Positions 39,297-49,657 of a stretch of DNA of 64,000 bases are shown piece after piece. The first letter of the stretch is position 1; each line of letters starts with the position of its first letter. The stretch covers positions 32,639 through 96,638 of the forward strand of contig CBDCNM010000002.1 of the NCBI GenBank assembly GCA_965219385.1. The letters are read 5' to 3'. The position numbers and the translations under genes are program-made. The DNA is from Candidatus Latescibacterota bacterium (GTDB lineage: Bacteria; Latescibacterota; UBA2968; UBA8231). The notes under the pieces are model-generated. The model was given only the letters and a program-made list of their open reading frames with translations, was not told where the DNA came from and did not search any database.

Positions 39297-40232
39297 TTAG
39301 AAGCCGTCTGAAAACTCTAATTTTCATTTGATTCGTTTAAGTAGCAAGTGGATCATGGCAATCTGGATCAAGGCTTCACTATGGCGGGTCAAGACCTCAT
39401 AATCTCGGGCATGTCGGCGAAAATTCATCAACCACGCAAACGTGCGCTCGACGACCCACCGGCGTTTAACTACGGTAAATCCGGAGCCTTGTTTGGCGAC
39501 GACTTCCAAGTCTATTTTGTGCGTCTTTTTTTGGTTGGCCACCCACGTTCGGATGGCCTCGCCTTGGTAGCCGCCATCAACCCACAGCTTGCGTAACCGA
39601 GCCACGCCGGCGGCCTTCAAGCGGGTCAACACCTGCTTCAAACCCTCTCGATCCTCGACATCGGCGGCGGTGACCACCACCTGTCGAAGCAAACCCGACG
39701 GGTCCACCAACAGATGCCGTTTGCGGCCTTTGATCTTTTTGCCGGTGTCATAACCGGTTGTTTTACCATGCGTTGCGGTCTTAATCGTCTGACTATCGAC
39801 TACGCCAGCCGACGGCATCGCAGCCCGGCCGCTCTGGCGGCGCTCCCTCTTAGTCAGCCGATCCAACACCAGCGGCCAGACCCCTTGCAGGCTCCAGCGA
39901 CGAAAGTAATCATACACCGTTTTCCACGGCCCAAAACAAGCAGGCAACAACGCCCAAGGACACCCCGTCTTGTTCAAATACAAAAGGCCGTTGACAAGCT
40001 GGCGTCGATCCCGCGGCGGCCGACCCGGACCGTGAAGCCGCCAGCGCGGCGCGGGCAGCAACGGTTCGATCCGCTGCCATTGTGCATCGGTTAGATCGGT
40101 GGCATATTGCATACGCGGTGTACTCATCATACAAGCCTTTCTGTTCAGAGTTTGTGGTGAAACCTGAATATGGCTCGATGAGTACGCCCGTTCAAATGCG
40201 GCTACATCAGAGGGTTTTCAGACGGCTTCTAA
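39297..40232 (-). mobile_element. intact IS5-family element, type IS5-A (copy 2), 936 bp
   Basis: 19-bp perfect inverted repeats TTAGAAGCCGTCTGAAAAC (39297-39315) and GTTTTCAGACGGCTTCTAA (40214-40232). Single transposase ORF. Confidence 0.85.
39324..40130 (-). CDS. IS5-family DDE transposase (268 aa)
   Basis: …LYLNKTGCPWALLP…WKTVYDYFRRW…GKKIKGRKRHLLVD…WVVERTFAWLMNFRRHARDYE…. Confidence 0.9.
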   Translation of the reverse strand: MMSTPRMQYATDLTDAQWQRIEPLLPAPRWRLHGPGRPPRDRRQLVNGLLYLNKTGCPWALLPACFGPWKTVYDYFRRWSLQGVWPLVLDRLTKRERRQSGRAAMPSAGVVDSQTIKTATHGKTTGYDTGKKIKGRKRHLLVDPSGLLRQVVVTAADVEDREGLKQVLTRLKAAGVARLRKLWVDGGYQGEAIRTWVANQKKTHKIDLEVVAKQGSGFTVVKRRWVVERTFAWLMNFRRHARDYEVLTRHSEALIQIAMIHLLLKRIK

Positions 40233-40242
40233 GAGGACGATT

Positions 40243-40923
40243 ATGGCACACCAATCGGACGCGCGTATGTGGTGGTCGGAGCCGCTGGTTTGGGCGGCCG
40301 GTGATTGTGAAATGAAAAAAGTCTTGGACGAGGCGCTGACCTTGTTGGCGCGGTGCCCTGCGATTCTCACCCGTATTGAAGCCGACCAGGACCGGTGGGC
40401 CAAAGCCAAGAAAAAGATACGCCAGGCCGACCAGCGTTGGCAAGCGGCCCAGACCTTGCCCCTGCCCGGGTTGGTCTGGGACGAAGCGCCGGCGCCGTCG
40501 GCCGATACGCTGGAGTTGGCCTCGGGTCGTCCGCGCATGGGGGCAGAGCTGGTCTATGTTTGCAGTGTGTTGCGTGGCTATTTGGGCTCGCTGACCGACC
40601 AGGCCGCCAAGGATCGGCTGCTCGATTCGACGACGTTGCACTTGTATTGGCATAGCCGCGGCCTGTATTTTCCGGGCTGGACGACGATGGTAGAAAATGT
40701 CAATGCCCTGTCGAAGGAGACCCGCCACTACATCCTGGATGCGCAACTGGCGATGATCCTGGACGAAGGGCTGGACGATTTTTCTCAGGCCCTCCTCGAT
40801 AGCACGGCGGTGGAAGCCAACTCGGCCTGGCCCACCGATGCGCGCATCCTGCTGGGCTTGCTGGAACGCGCCTTTCGGCGCAGCCAACAACTGACCCGCT
40901 TTGGGCTGTCGAATATCCCTTAG
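40243..40923 (+). CDS. hypothetical 226-aa protein, possibly the N-terminal half of another DDE transposase, truncated by IS insertion
   Basis: Fills exactly the 687-bp gap between IS5-A copies 2 and 3. Start 10 nt after the copy-2 end, which supplies an AAGAGGA SD. Stop TAG is supplied by the copy-3 terminus. Contains …LLDSTAVEANSAWPTD…, resembling the first-Asp region of IS4/IS5-superfamily transposases. Confidence 0.35.
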   Translation: MAHQSDARMWWSEPLVWAAGDCEMKKVLDEALTLLARCPAILTRIEADQDRWAKAKKKIRQADQRWQAAQTLPLPGLVWDEAPAPSADTLELASGRPRMGAELVYVCSVLRGYLGSLTDQAAKDRLLDSTTLHLYWHSRGLYFPGWTTMVENVNALSKETRHYILDAQLAMILDEGLDDFSQALLDSTAVEANSAWPTDARILLGLLERAFRRSQQLTRFGLSNIP

Positions 40924-41853
40924 AAGCTGTTTTAAAAATGTGAGGGGTTAAAAAAAGAGTTGAAAAGCGCGTATTCATCTATCCAAATTCAGGTTGTCCA
41001 AAACCACCTGAAACGAAAGGATGAAGATGAATACGCTCAGACAATATCCGACCGATTTGATCGAAGCGCAATGGCAACTTCTCCTCACCCTCCTTCCCAA
41101 ACGCAAATGGCATCCCGGGAGTCGCGGTCGTCCACCGGTTCCTCTGCGCGAGGGGTTCAACGCCATTGTGTATGTGACCCAAACGGGCGGTCAGTGGCGG
41201 ATGCTGCCCAAGGAGTATGGGTGCTGGCAAACCGTGTATGGGTATTCAACACCTGGAGCAAAAAAGGCATCTGGAGGCAGATCCATCCGGCACTCTCCAG
41301 AAGGGAAAGGCGCCGTCAAGGCCGCAAGCCCACCGCTTCGGCAGGCTCTATAGACAGCCCAAGCATCAAGACTGCAACCCAAGGTGAATCAAAGGGTTAT
41401 GATGCTGGCAAGAAGGTCAATGGCCGCAAGCGCCCTCTCCTTGTTGACCCCTTGGGGCTTATCATCTCCGCGTTTGTCTCGCCTGCCGACGGTGCCGATC
41501 CGGACGGGTTGAAGGTGTTGCTCAAAGCCTATTTTGCCGCTGGCTTGACCCGCCTTCGAAAGCTATGGGTCGATGGTGGGTATCGCGGCGAGGCCATCAA
41601 GGCATGGGTTGCAAGTTTGAAGCGGACGCACAAAATTGACCTGGCAGTGGTCCAGCGAGAAGGCCAGGGATTTCAAGTGATGAAATGGCGTTGGGTGGTG
41701 GAGCGCACCTTTGCCTGGTTATTGAATTTTCGACGCCTTTCCAAGGACTATGAAGTCCTACCCCGAAATAGCGAAGCCTTTATTTACATTGCGATGATTC
41801 ACCTCTTGGTCAAGAGAATCGGTGGAAAATCTGAATTCTAAAACAGCTTCTAA
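40920..41853 (+). mobile_element. IS5-family element type IS5-A (copy 3), 934 bp, inverted relative to copy 2
   Basis: Ends TTAGAAGCTGTTTTA (40920-) and TAAAACAGCTTCTAA (41839-41853). Confidence 0.8.
41021..41841 (+). pseudogene. IS5-family transposase with a 1-nt deletion near 41244-41246
   Basis: N-part ORF 41021-41353 (…WQTVYGYS…) and C-part in the -1 frame (…FNTWSKKGIWRQIH… of ORF 40960-41841). An intact reading would need TATTTC instead of TATTC. Confidence 0.7.
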
Positions 41854-42520
41854 AGATCATTAAATCGGTCGATATGACAATATTCGGAATGAAATGAAAG
41901 TAATTATGAAAGGCGTTGACATTTCCTATTATGAAGGGAATAGCAAAACCGATCCACATAACTGGACTCTTAAAGAAAGGTTTGATAAGAGAACGCCTCT
42001 CATCGTCCTGTATCATCTCCAAGGGAACCTGAACCAACGGATAGAGCAACCTTTCTTTCTCCATCCACTGCTTCCTCAAAATTACCATCATACATATCAT
42101 CACAAAATAGAGGGTAACTATGAACAAACACCAGTAAAGTATCGGCTCAAACCATTCGTCCCAAGGCACAGATCGACCTTCGAGAAGACCCTCATAGAAA
42201 TACGTTATCGCATCAGGATCCTTAGGCGTTATCCATTCTGGCATATTGGGATGAATAAGATTCGCCCAGTCGTTCTCAGCTGTGGCAAAATAGTAAAGAC
42301 CAGCGATGATAGGCAGGACATATCCGGTGAATCTGATGGTGGGTATAACCGTTGCGATCATCGCCATAATATAGACTGTGGCTAACTCTGAACGGCTGAG
42401 GGCAAAACTCCTTCTAAGGGAGCCTAAAATCACATTGATGACCGCAACAAAGACGAGGAAGACAAATAAGGCGGCAGGAGTGCTGAGATTATGGGCAAGG
42501 AGTGACCCCTTGATGATCAT
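41854..42520 (-). pseudogene. fragment of a low-GC polytopic membrane protein gene trapped between two IS elements
   Basis: ~40% GC, unlike the flanking IS (~60%). Strongly hydrophobic multi-TM translation. The frame runs into IS5-A copy 3 at the 3' side. It is cut by the IS5-B copy A boundary/TSD at the 5' side. Confidence 0.4.
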
Positions 42521-42548
42521 ACTGGAATAAGGAACAGCAATACCCTAA

Positions 42549-43453
42549 GAGGCCCTAACAAAACTCTTTGAGGTACTTCCAACAGATGAGAATACATCCG
42601 ATGTCGAGAAAGGCTTCATGGAGATCACCTCGTCGCTCCCAGCGGACTCGAAGCCGACGGAATTGGTGCAACCATGCCAACGTTCGTTCCACCACCCACC
42701 GATAGACGCCCAAGCCGCTGCCGTGGGCTTGCCCTCGCCGAGCCAACACCGAGCCGATGCCCCGCTTACGCAAGGCGCGCCGATGGGCTTGCGAATCATA
42801 GGCCCGATCCCCTTGCACCCGATCCGGCCGACGGCGCGGGCGGCCGACCCGACCGGCCACCGGGGGTATGCGATCCACCAACGGCAACAGCTGCGTCACA
42901 TCATGCCGATGGGCCCCCGTCACCCCCGCCGCCAACGGCACCCCTTGGGCATCGGTGATTACATGGTGTTTGCTACCGGGTTTGCCGCGGTCCGTCGGAT
43001 TGGGACCGGTGTGCGCCCCCCCCCAACCGCCCGCACCGAGGCACTATCGACCACCGCACGAGACCAATCAATCCGGTCGGCGGCCCTCAGTCGGTTCAAC
43101 AGGATATGATGGACTCTTTTCCAGACCCCGGCTTGTTGCCAAGCGTGCAGGCGACGCCAACAGGTCATCCCCGAACCGCACCCCATCTCTTGAGGCAAAT
43201 ACTCCCAAGGGATACCCGTCTTGAGCACAAAGAGAATGCCGGTCAGCACCCTACGGTTATCCAGCCGAGGCCGCCCCCCTTGGGGGCCAACGGTTACGGG
43301 GGGCAAAACCGGTTCAATCAAGGCCCATAACCCATCGTCGAGTAACGGCTTGGCCATCAAAAACACCTCCATATCAAGACGGTAGAAGCAATACCGAAGA
43401 GGATAAGAATATAATGAAGCCTATACGCGATTCCAAGGTTTTGTTAGAGACTC
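42549..43453 (-). mobile_element. IS5-family element type IS5-B (IS427-group-like), copy A, 905 bp, with TAA target duplication
   Basis: Ends GAGGCCCTAACAAAAC (42549-) and GTTTTGTTAGAGACTC (-43453). TAA at 42546-42548 and 43454-43456. Confidence 0.85.
42555..43372 (-). CDS. IS5-B transposase, split into orfA (42959-43372) and orfB (42555-42941) at a C9/G9 tract (43026-43034)
   Basis: Identical to copy C except for tract length. The fused 272-aa form exists at 62791-63609. Confidence 0.8.
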
Positions 43454-44232
43454 TAAGTACACGACAGTAAAAGAGGTCCATAGCGTTGGGCCTGTTTAAG
43501 TGGGTCTCGGGCCTGGTGTGTGATCGGTGTGAGTGGGTCTAGGCCTAGTCGAAAGAGACTGATGGCTCGGCGTCCATGTTTTTTGCGTTTGATGGGTTTG
43601 CTCTGATGGAGTTGCTCACCCACCCGTAGCGCCCACAGGAGGGTCCAGGCGAGCAGGCCCCTCAGCAGGTGCAAGCGTGGAGGGTGGGTCCGATGGGTGT
43701 CTTCCACATTAAACCCTTTGGACTTGAAAAAGCCAAACGCCGTTTCAATGGACCAGCGCTGGCCATACAGAGCGAGCACCTGCTTCAGGTCGGTGCGGTT
43801 GGTGATCAGCAGGACTACCTCGCCCCTGGCGGGGCGCTGACAGACCAGATGGAGGGTCAACCCGTCATAGAGGACCGTCTCAGGATAGAACCGGGTGGTG
43901 CCTCGTCGCAGGCGCTGGGTGAAGGCGGCCCAATAACGTAAGCGGCCCTCGTCGAGCCTGATCCAGGGGTTGCCCCGCAGGCGAATCACAAAGTCGATGG
44001 GTTGCTCCAGCAGAAAGGTAAACCCGTCTCGACCGATGAATTCGCGATCGGCGACTAGGCAGCACGAGCCGGGATCGAGGTAGGCCAGCGCCTGAGTCAG
44101 GAGGTGTTTTCGTTCCTCGGTGTTGGAGTTGCCCGGCTTTTGCAACGACGGACAGGCCAACGGAATAGACCCGCCTTGGTAGACTAGTTCTAAAGGCTTT
44201 GGTGCATGAATCGGCGTTTTTTGTGTGCATCG
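43454..44232 (-). pseudogene. IS4-family transposase, C-terminal part (…CLVADREFIG…YGQRWSIETAFGFFKS…), interrupted upstream by an IS903-like element and cut at its 3' end by IS5-B copy A
   Basis: D-x-REF and RW-x-IE-x-F-x5-K motifs of IS4 family. ORF runs to the IS5-B junction. The stop is formed at the junction. Confidence 0.65.
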
Positions 44233-45365
44233 GTTGAATAAAGATAGGTTCCTTAGTAGATTGGACATGACCCTCTTGCGAAAGAATCCATGCCTTCTCG
44301 TCCAAGGAACCTGTCATGCCTAAAGTATCGTCCTCCTCGCCTTCCGTCAAGCCCCGTCGCTCCAAGGTCGTGTACCGGGTGCGTAATGGGCCCGCCTATG
44401 AGGCGGGGCTGCAACAGCGCGGTAGTCTAACGGTGTGGTTTACACCCCAAGCCGTCCAAGCCTGGTATTATCAAGGGCCGCCCCAGCGGGGGGCGCAATA
44501 TACCTTTTCGGAAGGGGCCCTCCAAACGGCGTTGCCCCTGCGCCTTTTGTATCCCTTGCCCCTGCGCCAAACCGAGGGGTTTGTCGCCTCCGTGTTGGCC
44601 CTGATGGGACTGGATCTGCGGGTGCCCGATCACACGACGTTATCGCGGCGACAAGCCGGCTTGGCCGTGGATCTACCGCAACCACGGGGACGCGCACCGA
44701 TCCACTTAGTAGTGGACTCGACCGGGCTGAAAGTGTATGGCGAAGGCGAATGGAAGGTGCGTCAGCACGGCTGGAGCAAGCGACGCACGTGGCGCACAGT
44801 GCACTTGGGCGTCGATGAAGCCACCGGCGAGATCGTCGCGCCGACCTTGACGAATAGCCCAGATGATGCCTCGCAGGTCGAGCCGTTGCTCGCTCAGGTC
44901 GGAGGCCCCCGTGGAGGCGTTGGGGGGCGATGGAGCCTATGATACGCGCAAGGTCTTCGACGCCTTGGCCGCGCCCGAGCAGGGACCGCCTATTCGACCG
45001 ATCATTCCACCCCGCCGCAACGCCAAGATCGAGCAACATGGTAACACCAAGGCCGAACCGTTGCCCCGCGATGAGACGATCCGAGCCCTTCGCAAACAGG
45101 GCCGTCGAGCGTGGAAAAAAACCCGCGGCTATCATCGCCGCTCGGTAGCCGAAACGCCGATGTTTCGCTATAAGCGAATGCTGGGCGGCACCTTGCACGC
45201 GCGAACCCTAACCAACCAACAGACCGAAGCTCGGTTGGGCTGTGCGTTGCTCAACCGGCTACTGTATCTGGCAAAACCCGAGTCCTATCCGCTAACCAAA
45301 AAAGCATAAACCAAAGACGGAAGGGACCAACACAACCACCCTCTTTTCATGCAACAAAGCCGTCC
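44215..45365 (+). mobile_element. IS903-like (IS5-family) element nested inside the IS4-family element (boundaries approximate)
   Basis: Right end CAACAAAGCC (45352-45361) matches the IS903-type GGCTTTGTTG terminus. Degenerate left terminus around 44223-44245 (…GGTTGAATAAAGA…). Confidence 0.6.
44316..45309 (+). pseudogene. IS903-like DDE transposase, frameshifted in 44863-44942
   Basis: ORF 44316-44942 (…HLVVDSTGLKVYGEGEWKVRQHGWSKRRTWRTVHLGVDEATGEIVA…) continues in ORF 44863-45309 (…GGDGAYDTRKVFDALA…). Shift lies near C5 (44906-44910) / G6 (44922-44927) runs. Confidence 0.65.
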
Positions 45366-45725
45366 TAAACACAATAGGTTCAGATCGGTTCGCCCCAGCT
45401 TCCAATGCGTACGATCCAGGACCAACACCTGTTGTTGGCCGGGGCGAACTAGCTTAGATACGATCAACGGGGTAAACACCGCGGGGGATACCTTACTGCT
45501 GAAAAAACGCTGTAGGCGACGATATTGACTATCGACTTGGGCCAGGCCCGACAGGCTACACGCTAGTTTTTTCATATTGACGGAACGAACTTGGAGGAGC
45601 GCACACACCAAGCGGCTGATCAGATCGATACGGTGGTGCGTGAGGGGTACCTTCTCTTGCGTAAGGGCTTTTTTTATCGTATGTATAAGCATGGTGCAGC
45701 TCCTGTATTTAGGGTTTCGTTGCAA
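45285..45725 (-). pseudogene. IS4-family transposase, N-terminal part (…LVLDRTHWKLGRTDLNLLCLG…), same element as 43454-44232
   Basis: First-Asp region DRTHW typical of IS4 family. Reading direction and order fit a single transposase split by the IS903-like insertion. Confidence 0.6.
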
Positions 45726-46192
45726 TCTTGGTCGATTACAAATAAACCTAAATCAGGGCTGCACTGCAACTTAGATCACTGTCGTGTACTTAGGCAATAC
45801 CTATAAACAGAGATAACAGCGCTCCGATAAGAATGGACCTGAACGTAATACCTGACACCTTAGTCTCTACTGCGTCAGATAGAGCCTGTTTGCGTATTGA
45901 GGTCATTTCAAAAAAGGTGGATCCTGAGGTAGAATAAATTCGTCTCCTACGGCTGTGACTTGTTGTTCACAAAAATAGCGCTCTTTGTGTGCCAGCGAGA
46001 AGGGATTGATCTGGTGGGAGTATGTTCCAAAAATCGACGAATAGGTCGTTTTGGAATTGTTGGTTAGCGTACCTTTTGTCAGCAAGAGTTGGGACGGCAA
46101 TGCTTCAGATGATGCGGTGTTCAAAGGCTTCCCAGACGCCTAAAGGGAGAACGCGATGTGCACCTATATAGTTTGGTCTGGATCGGTCCCCT

Positions 46193-47758
46193 TCACTTTG
46201 CAATCTTCTTGAATATCTCTATCTCTCTTTCGGCGTCCGTAGGTCTTCCAAGATTTCTGTAGACCAAAGCAAGGTAATAGTAGAACATCTTGTCTTCAGG
46301 CTCGATTCTTACAGCGCTCTTTAGGCTCTTCAGTGCTTCGTTGTATCTGCCCTCTTGAAGGTGAACAAGACCCAGGTTGTAGTGGGCCTTTGCATAGTCT
46401 GGATTGAGTTGAACGGCTAACCGGAATTTTTCGGATGCCTCTTTTCCTCTGCCCGAATTTGCGTAGATAAGACCCAGGTTGTAGTGATTCCGCGCGACAT
46501 CCGGCTCAAGCTCTGCTGCGCGCTTAAACTCGGTCTCGGCTCTTTTATACTTTTTCTGTCGGGCATACACAAGTCCCAATTCGCGGTGAAAAATCGTCTC
46601 TGAAGGCTCAAGGGCGATGGCACTTTCGAATTTCTCTTCAGCAGCTCTGTAATTTCCCTCCTTTGCGTAGAGAACCCCTAAGTTATAGATCGCATCCACC
46701 AAAGTCGAATCGAGCGAAATAGCTATTCTGTACCCTTCAATAGCAGGTGCGTACCTACCGAGTTCTTGGTAAACTGACGCCAGCTTGTAATGGAGATAAG
46801 CGTTGCTCGGGTCCTTCAGGAGAGATAGTTTTGTGGCCTTTAGCTTGTTGCCCTTTGGACCTAACTTTTCAAATATGGCTATATGTCTTTCTCCCTCCTC
46901 CTTTTCCCCCCTCCTGATGTAGAGCTTTCCCAAGTTAAAGTGGGCACTTGTGTGATTTGGGTTAAGGTCTATGGCTTTCCTGTAGTTTTCGATAGCCTCA
47001 AGGTATCTTCCCTCTAACTCCAGAGCCGAACCCAGATTGTAGTATATGTCGTCATCGTCTCGTTTTAAATCTGCTGCAGTGAAAAAATACTCACGGGCTT
47101 TTTTGTAGTTGCCCTGCTTCAGATAGATTGTCCCGAGGGAGCTGTACGCCTTCACAAAATTCGGGTTTATCTTAATAGCTTTCTTATAAGCCTCTATCGC
47201 TTGGGGGGATTTGTTATAAGAATCGTAGGCTAGGGCGAGATTGTAGTGGTCCAGAGCACGTGTTGGGTCTATCTCTATGGCTTTTTTGTACTCGGATATA
47301 GAGGCTTTTAAGTCAGAGTAAACCACAACTACTGGACTTTCTTCTGTGGCAAAGGCGCGCTTGCCGTAGACAAACCCAAGACCGCTTCTGGCCTCTGCGA
47401 AATCAGGATCGAGCTTTATTGCCTGTGTGTACTCTTCTATCGCCCCAGAAAAGTCTCCCAGCCGGGCTTTCAACGCTCCTAAGTCACAGTAAATCTTCGC
47501 GTTATCGGGATCGAACTTGAGGGCCTGTTTATATTCTTTTATTGCATCGGTGTATCTACCCTGTAAAATATACTCTGAAGATAGATGTGAGAAGACCTTT
47601 GAACTGTCCGGTTCGGTTATAGGAGAAGATTCGGCGTTGTCGCTTTGTATCTTTTGACCCTGAAAGAGATCTGTGTAAAGATAGATGAAAAGAGCAGCAA
47701 TCGAAATTGCAATCGCTGCAGCAAGTAGAGCGGAGGTTTTTTCTTTCCTTTTTAACAT
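46193..47758 (-). CDS. TPR-repeat protein with N-terminal membrane anchor
   Basis: MLKRKEKTSALLAAAIAISIAALFIYL anchor, then >10 TPR units (…AIKEYKQALKFDPDNAKIYCDLG…). Alternative upstream start at 47881. Confidence 0.8.
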   Translation of the reverse strand: MLKRKEKTSALLAAAIAISIAALFIYLYTDLFQGQKIQSDNAESSPITEPDSSKVFSHLSSEYILQGRYTDAIKEYKQALKFDPDNAKIYCDLGALKARLGDFSGAIEEYTQAIKLDPDFAEARSGLGFVYGKRAFATEESPVVVVYSDLKASISEYKKAIEIDPTRALDHYNLALAYDSYNKSPQAIEAYKKAIKINPNFVKAYSSLGTIYLKQGNYKKAREYFFTAADLKRDDDDIYYNLGSALELEGRYLEAIENYRKAIDLNPNHTSAHFNLGKLYIRRGEKEEGERHIAIFEKLGPKGNKLKATKLSLLKDPSNAYLHYKLASVYQELGRYAPAIEGYRIAISLDSTLVDAIYNLGVLYAKEGNYRAAEEKFESAIALEPSETIFHRELGLVYARQKKYKRAETEFKRAAELEPDVARNHYNLGLIYANSGRGKEASEKFRLAVQLNPDYAKAHYNLGLVHLQEGRYNEALKSLKSAVRIEPEDKMFYYYLALVYRNLGRPTDAEREIEIFKKIAK

Positions 47759-47893
47759 TTTCAACAAAGGATTGATCTTATTCCTGGCTTGCGCTCTGTC
47801 CGTTCCTCTGGTCGAATCCGATGCGATAAACCTCATCCGCAAAGAGAGAATCGGACAAAAAATTTCCTCTCTATGAATCATATAACGATCAAA

Positions 47894-49633
47894 CTATTTT
47901 ATTATCCCTTTATCCTCGTTAACCACCAAAATACGATTCGCCTGTACGTCTCGAAAGGTCTGAAGAGTGCCACTTGGCCATCGTATCTCCACCAACTCTG
48001 CCACTTCCTCTTTCCCAAGCCCAAAGCTGGCTCTGATGTCGCTTCGAGATATGAAACTGGAACTCGACCGAACCTCCCTTATCTGAGAGATACCGCCAAC
48101 TGTGACCCTTATCCTGGCTCCGATGCCGTCCCTGTTGCTTTTGGTACCCACAGTACAGAACGTAAGCCAGTTGTTCTTGTTGCCGCCGTCATTCAAAAGG
48201 AGAGTTGGCGTGTCATCCAGATTCAGTATGAAGATGTCTAAATCTCCGTCGTTATCGTAATCTCCAACACACGATCCCCTGCTGACTTTCTTTATCCCAA
48301 ATCCACTGCCAGCAGATTCGGTAACCTCTATGAACGCACCGTCTTTATTTTCCAAAAGTTGATTCTTCTGTGCGAACGTCACACCCAGATCGTGGCCGTC
48401 AACGTCATAGACGTGGCCATTGGCGACAAAGATGTCCAAATCTGTGTCGTTGTCAAAATCGAGAAATGAAGTGCCCCAGCTTATGAAGGGCCAGCTCGGA
48501 TCTCCGACCCCCGACGGGAAGCTGATGTCGGAGAATAATCCGTCCCCATCGTTGCGATAAAGCGTGTTGTAATCCACAGCGAAGTTTGTCACAAAGATAT
48601 CCAAATCTCCGTCGTTGTCGTAATCTCCGAAATCTGTGCCCATACCCGCCTGTATCCTACCGTCGCGGTTGTAGCTGACTCCAGAGAGGACTGAGACATC
48701 TTCGAACGTCCCATCTCCATTATTTCGGTAGAGGAAATTCGGCGTAGAATCGTTGGCCACGTGAAGGTCCAGATCGCCGTCATTGTCGTAATCGCTGAAG
48801 ATAACAGTAAATCCGTAGTTTTTATCACTATCGACCACACCTGCGCTCTTTGTGACGTCTTTGAAGGTCCCGTCTCCCTCGTTGTGATAGAGCACGTCCG
48901 CCGCGCCTTTGAGCCCCATCGGTCCGTAAAAGACAGGCATCCCCTTCCATTGACCGTACTGCATAGATTTAGGCTTGTAATGGAGATCGAACTCTATGTA
49001 GTTAGCCACGTAGAGGTCTAAGTATCCGTCGTTGTCGTAATCGCCCCACGCACAGCCTGTGCTCCACCTGTCATCTCCGACACCTGCTATATCGGTGACG
49101 TCTGCAAATGTCCCGTCACCCTCGTTGCGATAGAGCACGTTGCACCTGAAGTTCGTCAAATAGAGGTCTTGGTCGCCATCGTTGTCGTAATCCGCGGCGG
49201 TGCAACCCATGCCCCATGACCTGTCCGCCACACCCGCCTTAAGGGAGACATCCACAAATGTCCCATCACCCTGATTTTCGTAGAGGGCGTTGGCCGGCTC
49301 CTGTCCCTTTGGGAACCCTTCGAATCTGGAACCGTTCATAACGTAAAGGTCTTGATCTCCGTCGTTGTCGTAATCGAAGAAGGCCGCGCCTCCACCCTTT
49401 GCCTCTACGATGTAGGTCTTCTTCTTTCCGGGCCTGCCGGAGACGTTTTTGAAGGTCACTCCCACCTCTTTTGAGACGTCTATAAACTGAACAACGGCAT
49501 CTCCACCGCTCAAATCGTAAGATTCTCTTTGCCCGGCAAAGTCCCCTTCTTGACATGACGGAAGGACCAAAAGAACGGTCACAAGAAATCCCAAGAATCT
49601 ATCTGCGTGCCTTTTTATCTTTTTTAAACTCAT
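47894..49633 (-). CDS. CRTAC1-family protein (FG-GAP/VCBS repeats plus UnbV_ASPIC C-terminal domain), lipoprotein-like signal
   Basis: Repeated DYDNDGD[LQ]D[LI][YF]V motifs. C-terminal …SSSFISRSDIRASFGLGKEEVAELVEIRWPSGTLQ… characteristic of UnbV_ASPIC. Signal …VLLVLPSC. Confidence 0.85.
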   Translation of the reverse strand: MSLKKIKRHADRFLGFLVTVLLVLPSCQEGDFAGQRESYDLSGGDAVVQFIDVSKEVGVTFKNVSGRPGKKKTYIVEAKGGGAAFFDYDNDGDQDLYVMNGSRFEGFPKGQEPANALYENQGDGTFVDVSLKAGVADRSWGMGCTAADYDNDGDQDLYLTNFRCNVLYRNEGDGTFADVTDIAGVGDDRWSTGCAWGDYDNDGYLDLYVANYIEFDLHYKPKSMQYGQWKGMPVFYGPMGLKGAADVLYHNEGDGTFKDVTKSAGVVDSDKNYGFTVIFSDYDNDGDLDLHVANDSTPNFLYRNNGDGTFEDVSVLSGVSYNRDGRIQAGMGTDFGDYDNDGDLDIFVTNFAVDYNTLYRNDGDGLFSDISFPSGVGDPSWPFISWGTSFLDFDNDTDLDIFVANGHVYDVDGHDLGVTFAQKNQLLENKDGAFIEVTESAGSGFGIKKVSRGSCVGDYDNDGDLDIFILNLDDTPTLLLNDGGNKNNWLTFCTVGTKSNRDGIGARIRVTVGGISQIREVRSSSSFISRSDIRASFGLGKEEVAELVEIRWPSGTLQTFRDVQANRILVVNEDKGIIK

Positions 49634-49657
49634 AGCGAATTTTAAGTCTTTTAGCCT

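Noticed and set aside
40207-40890. 227-aa minus-strand ORF overlapping the 40243-40923 gene
   Set aside because: It is a mirror ORF of the plus-strand frame. The plus-strand ORF has an SD and a DDE-like motif. Even that call is weak.
45726-46192. ORF 45903-46124 (73 aa) and other short ORFs between the IS nest and the TPR gene
   Set aside because: No SD, no conservation cues, and low complexity. Treated as non-coding flank or IS4-like element terminus.
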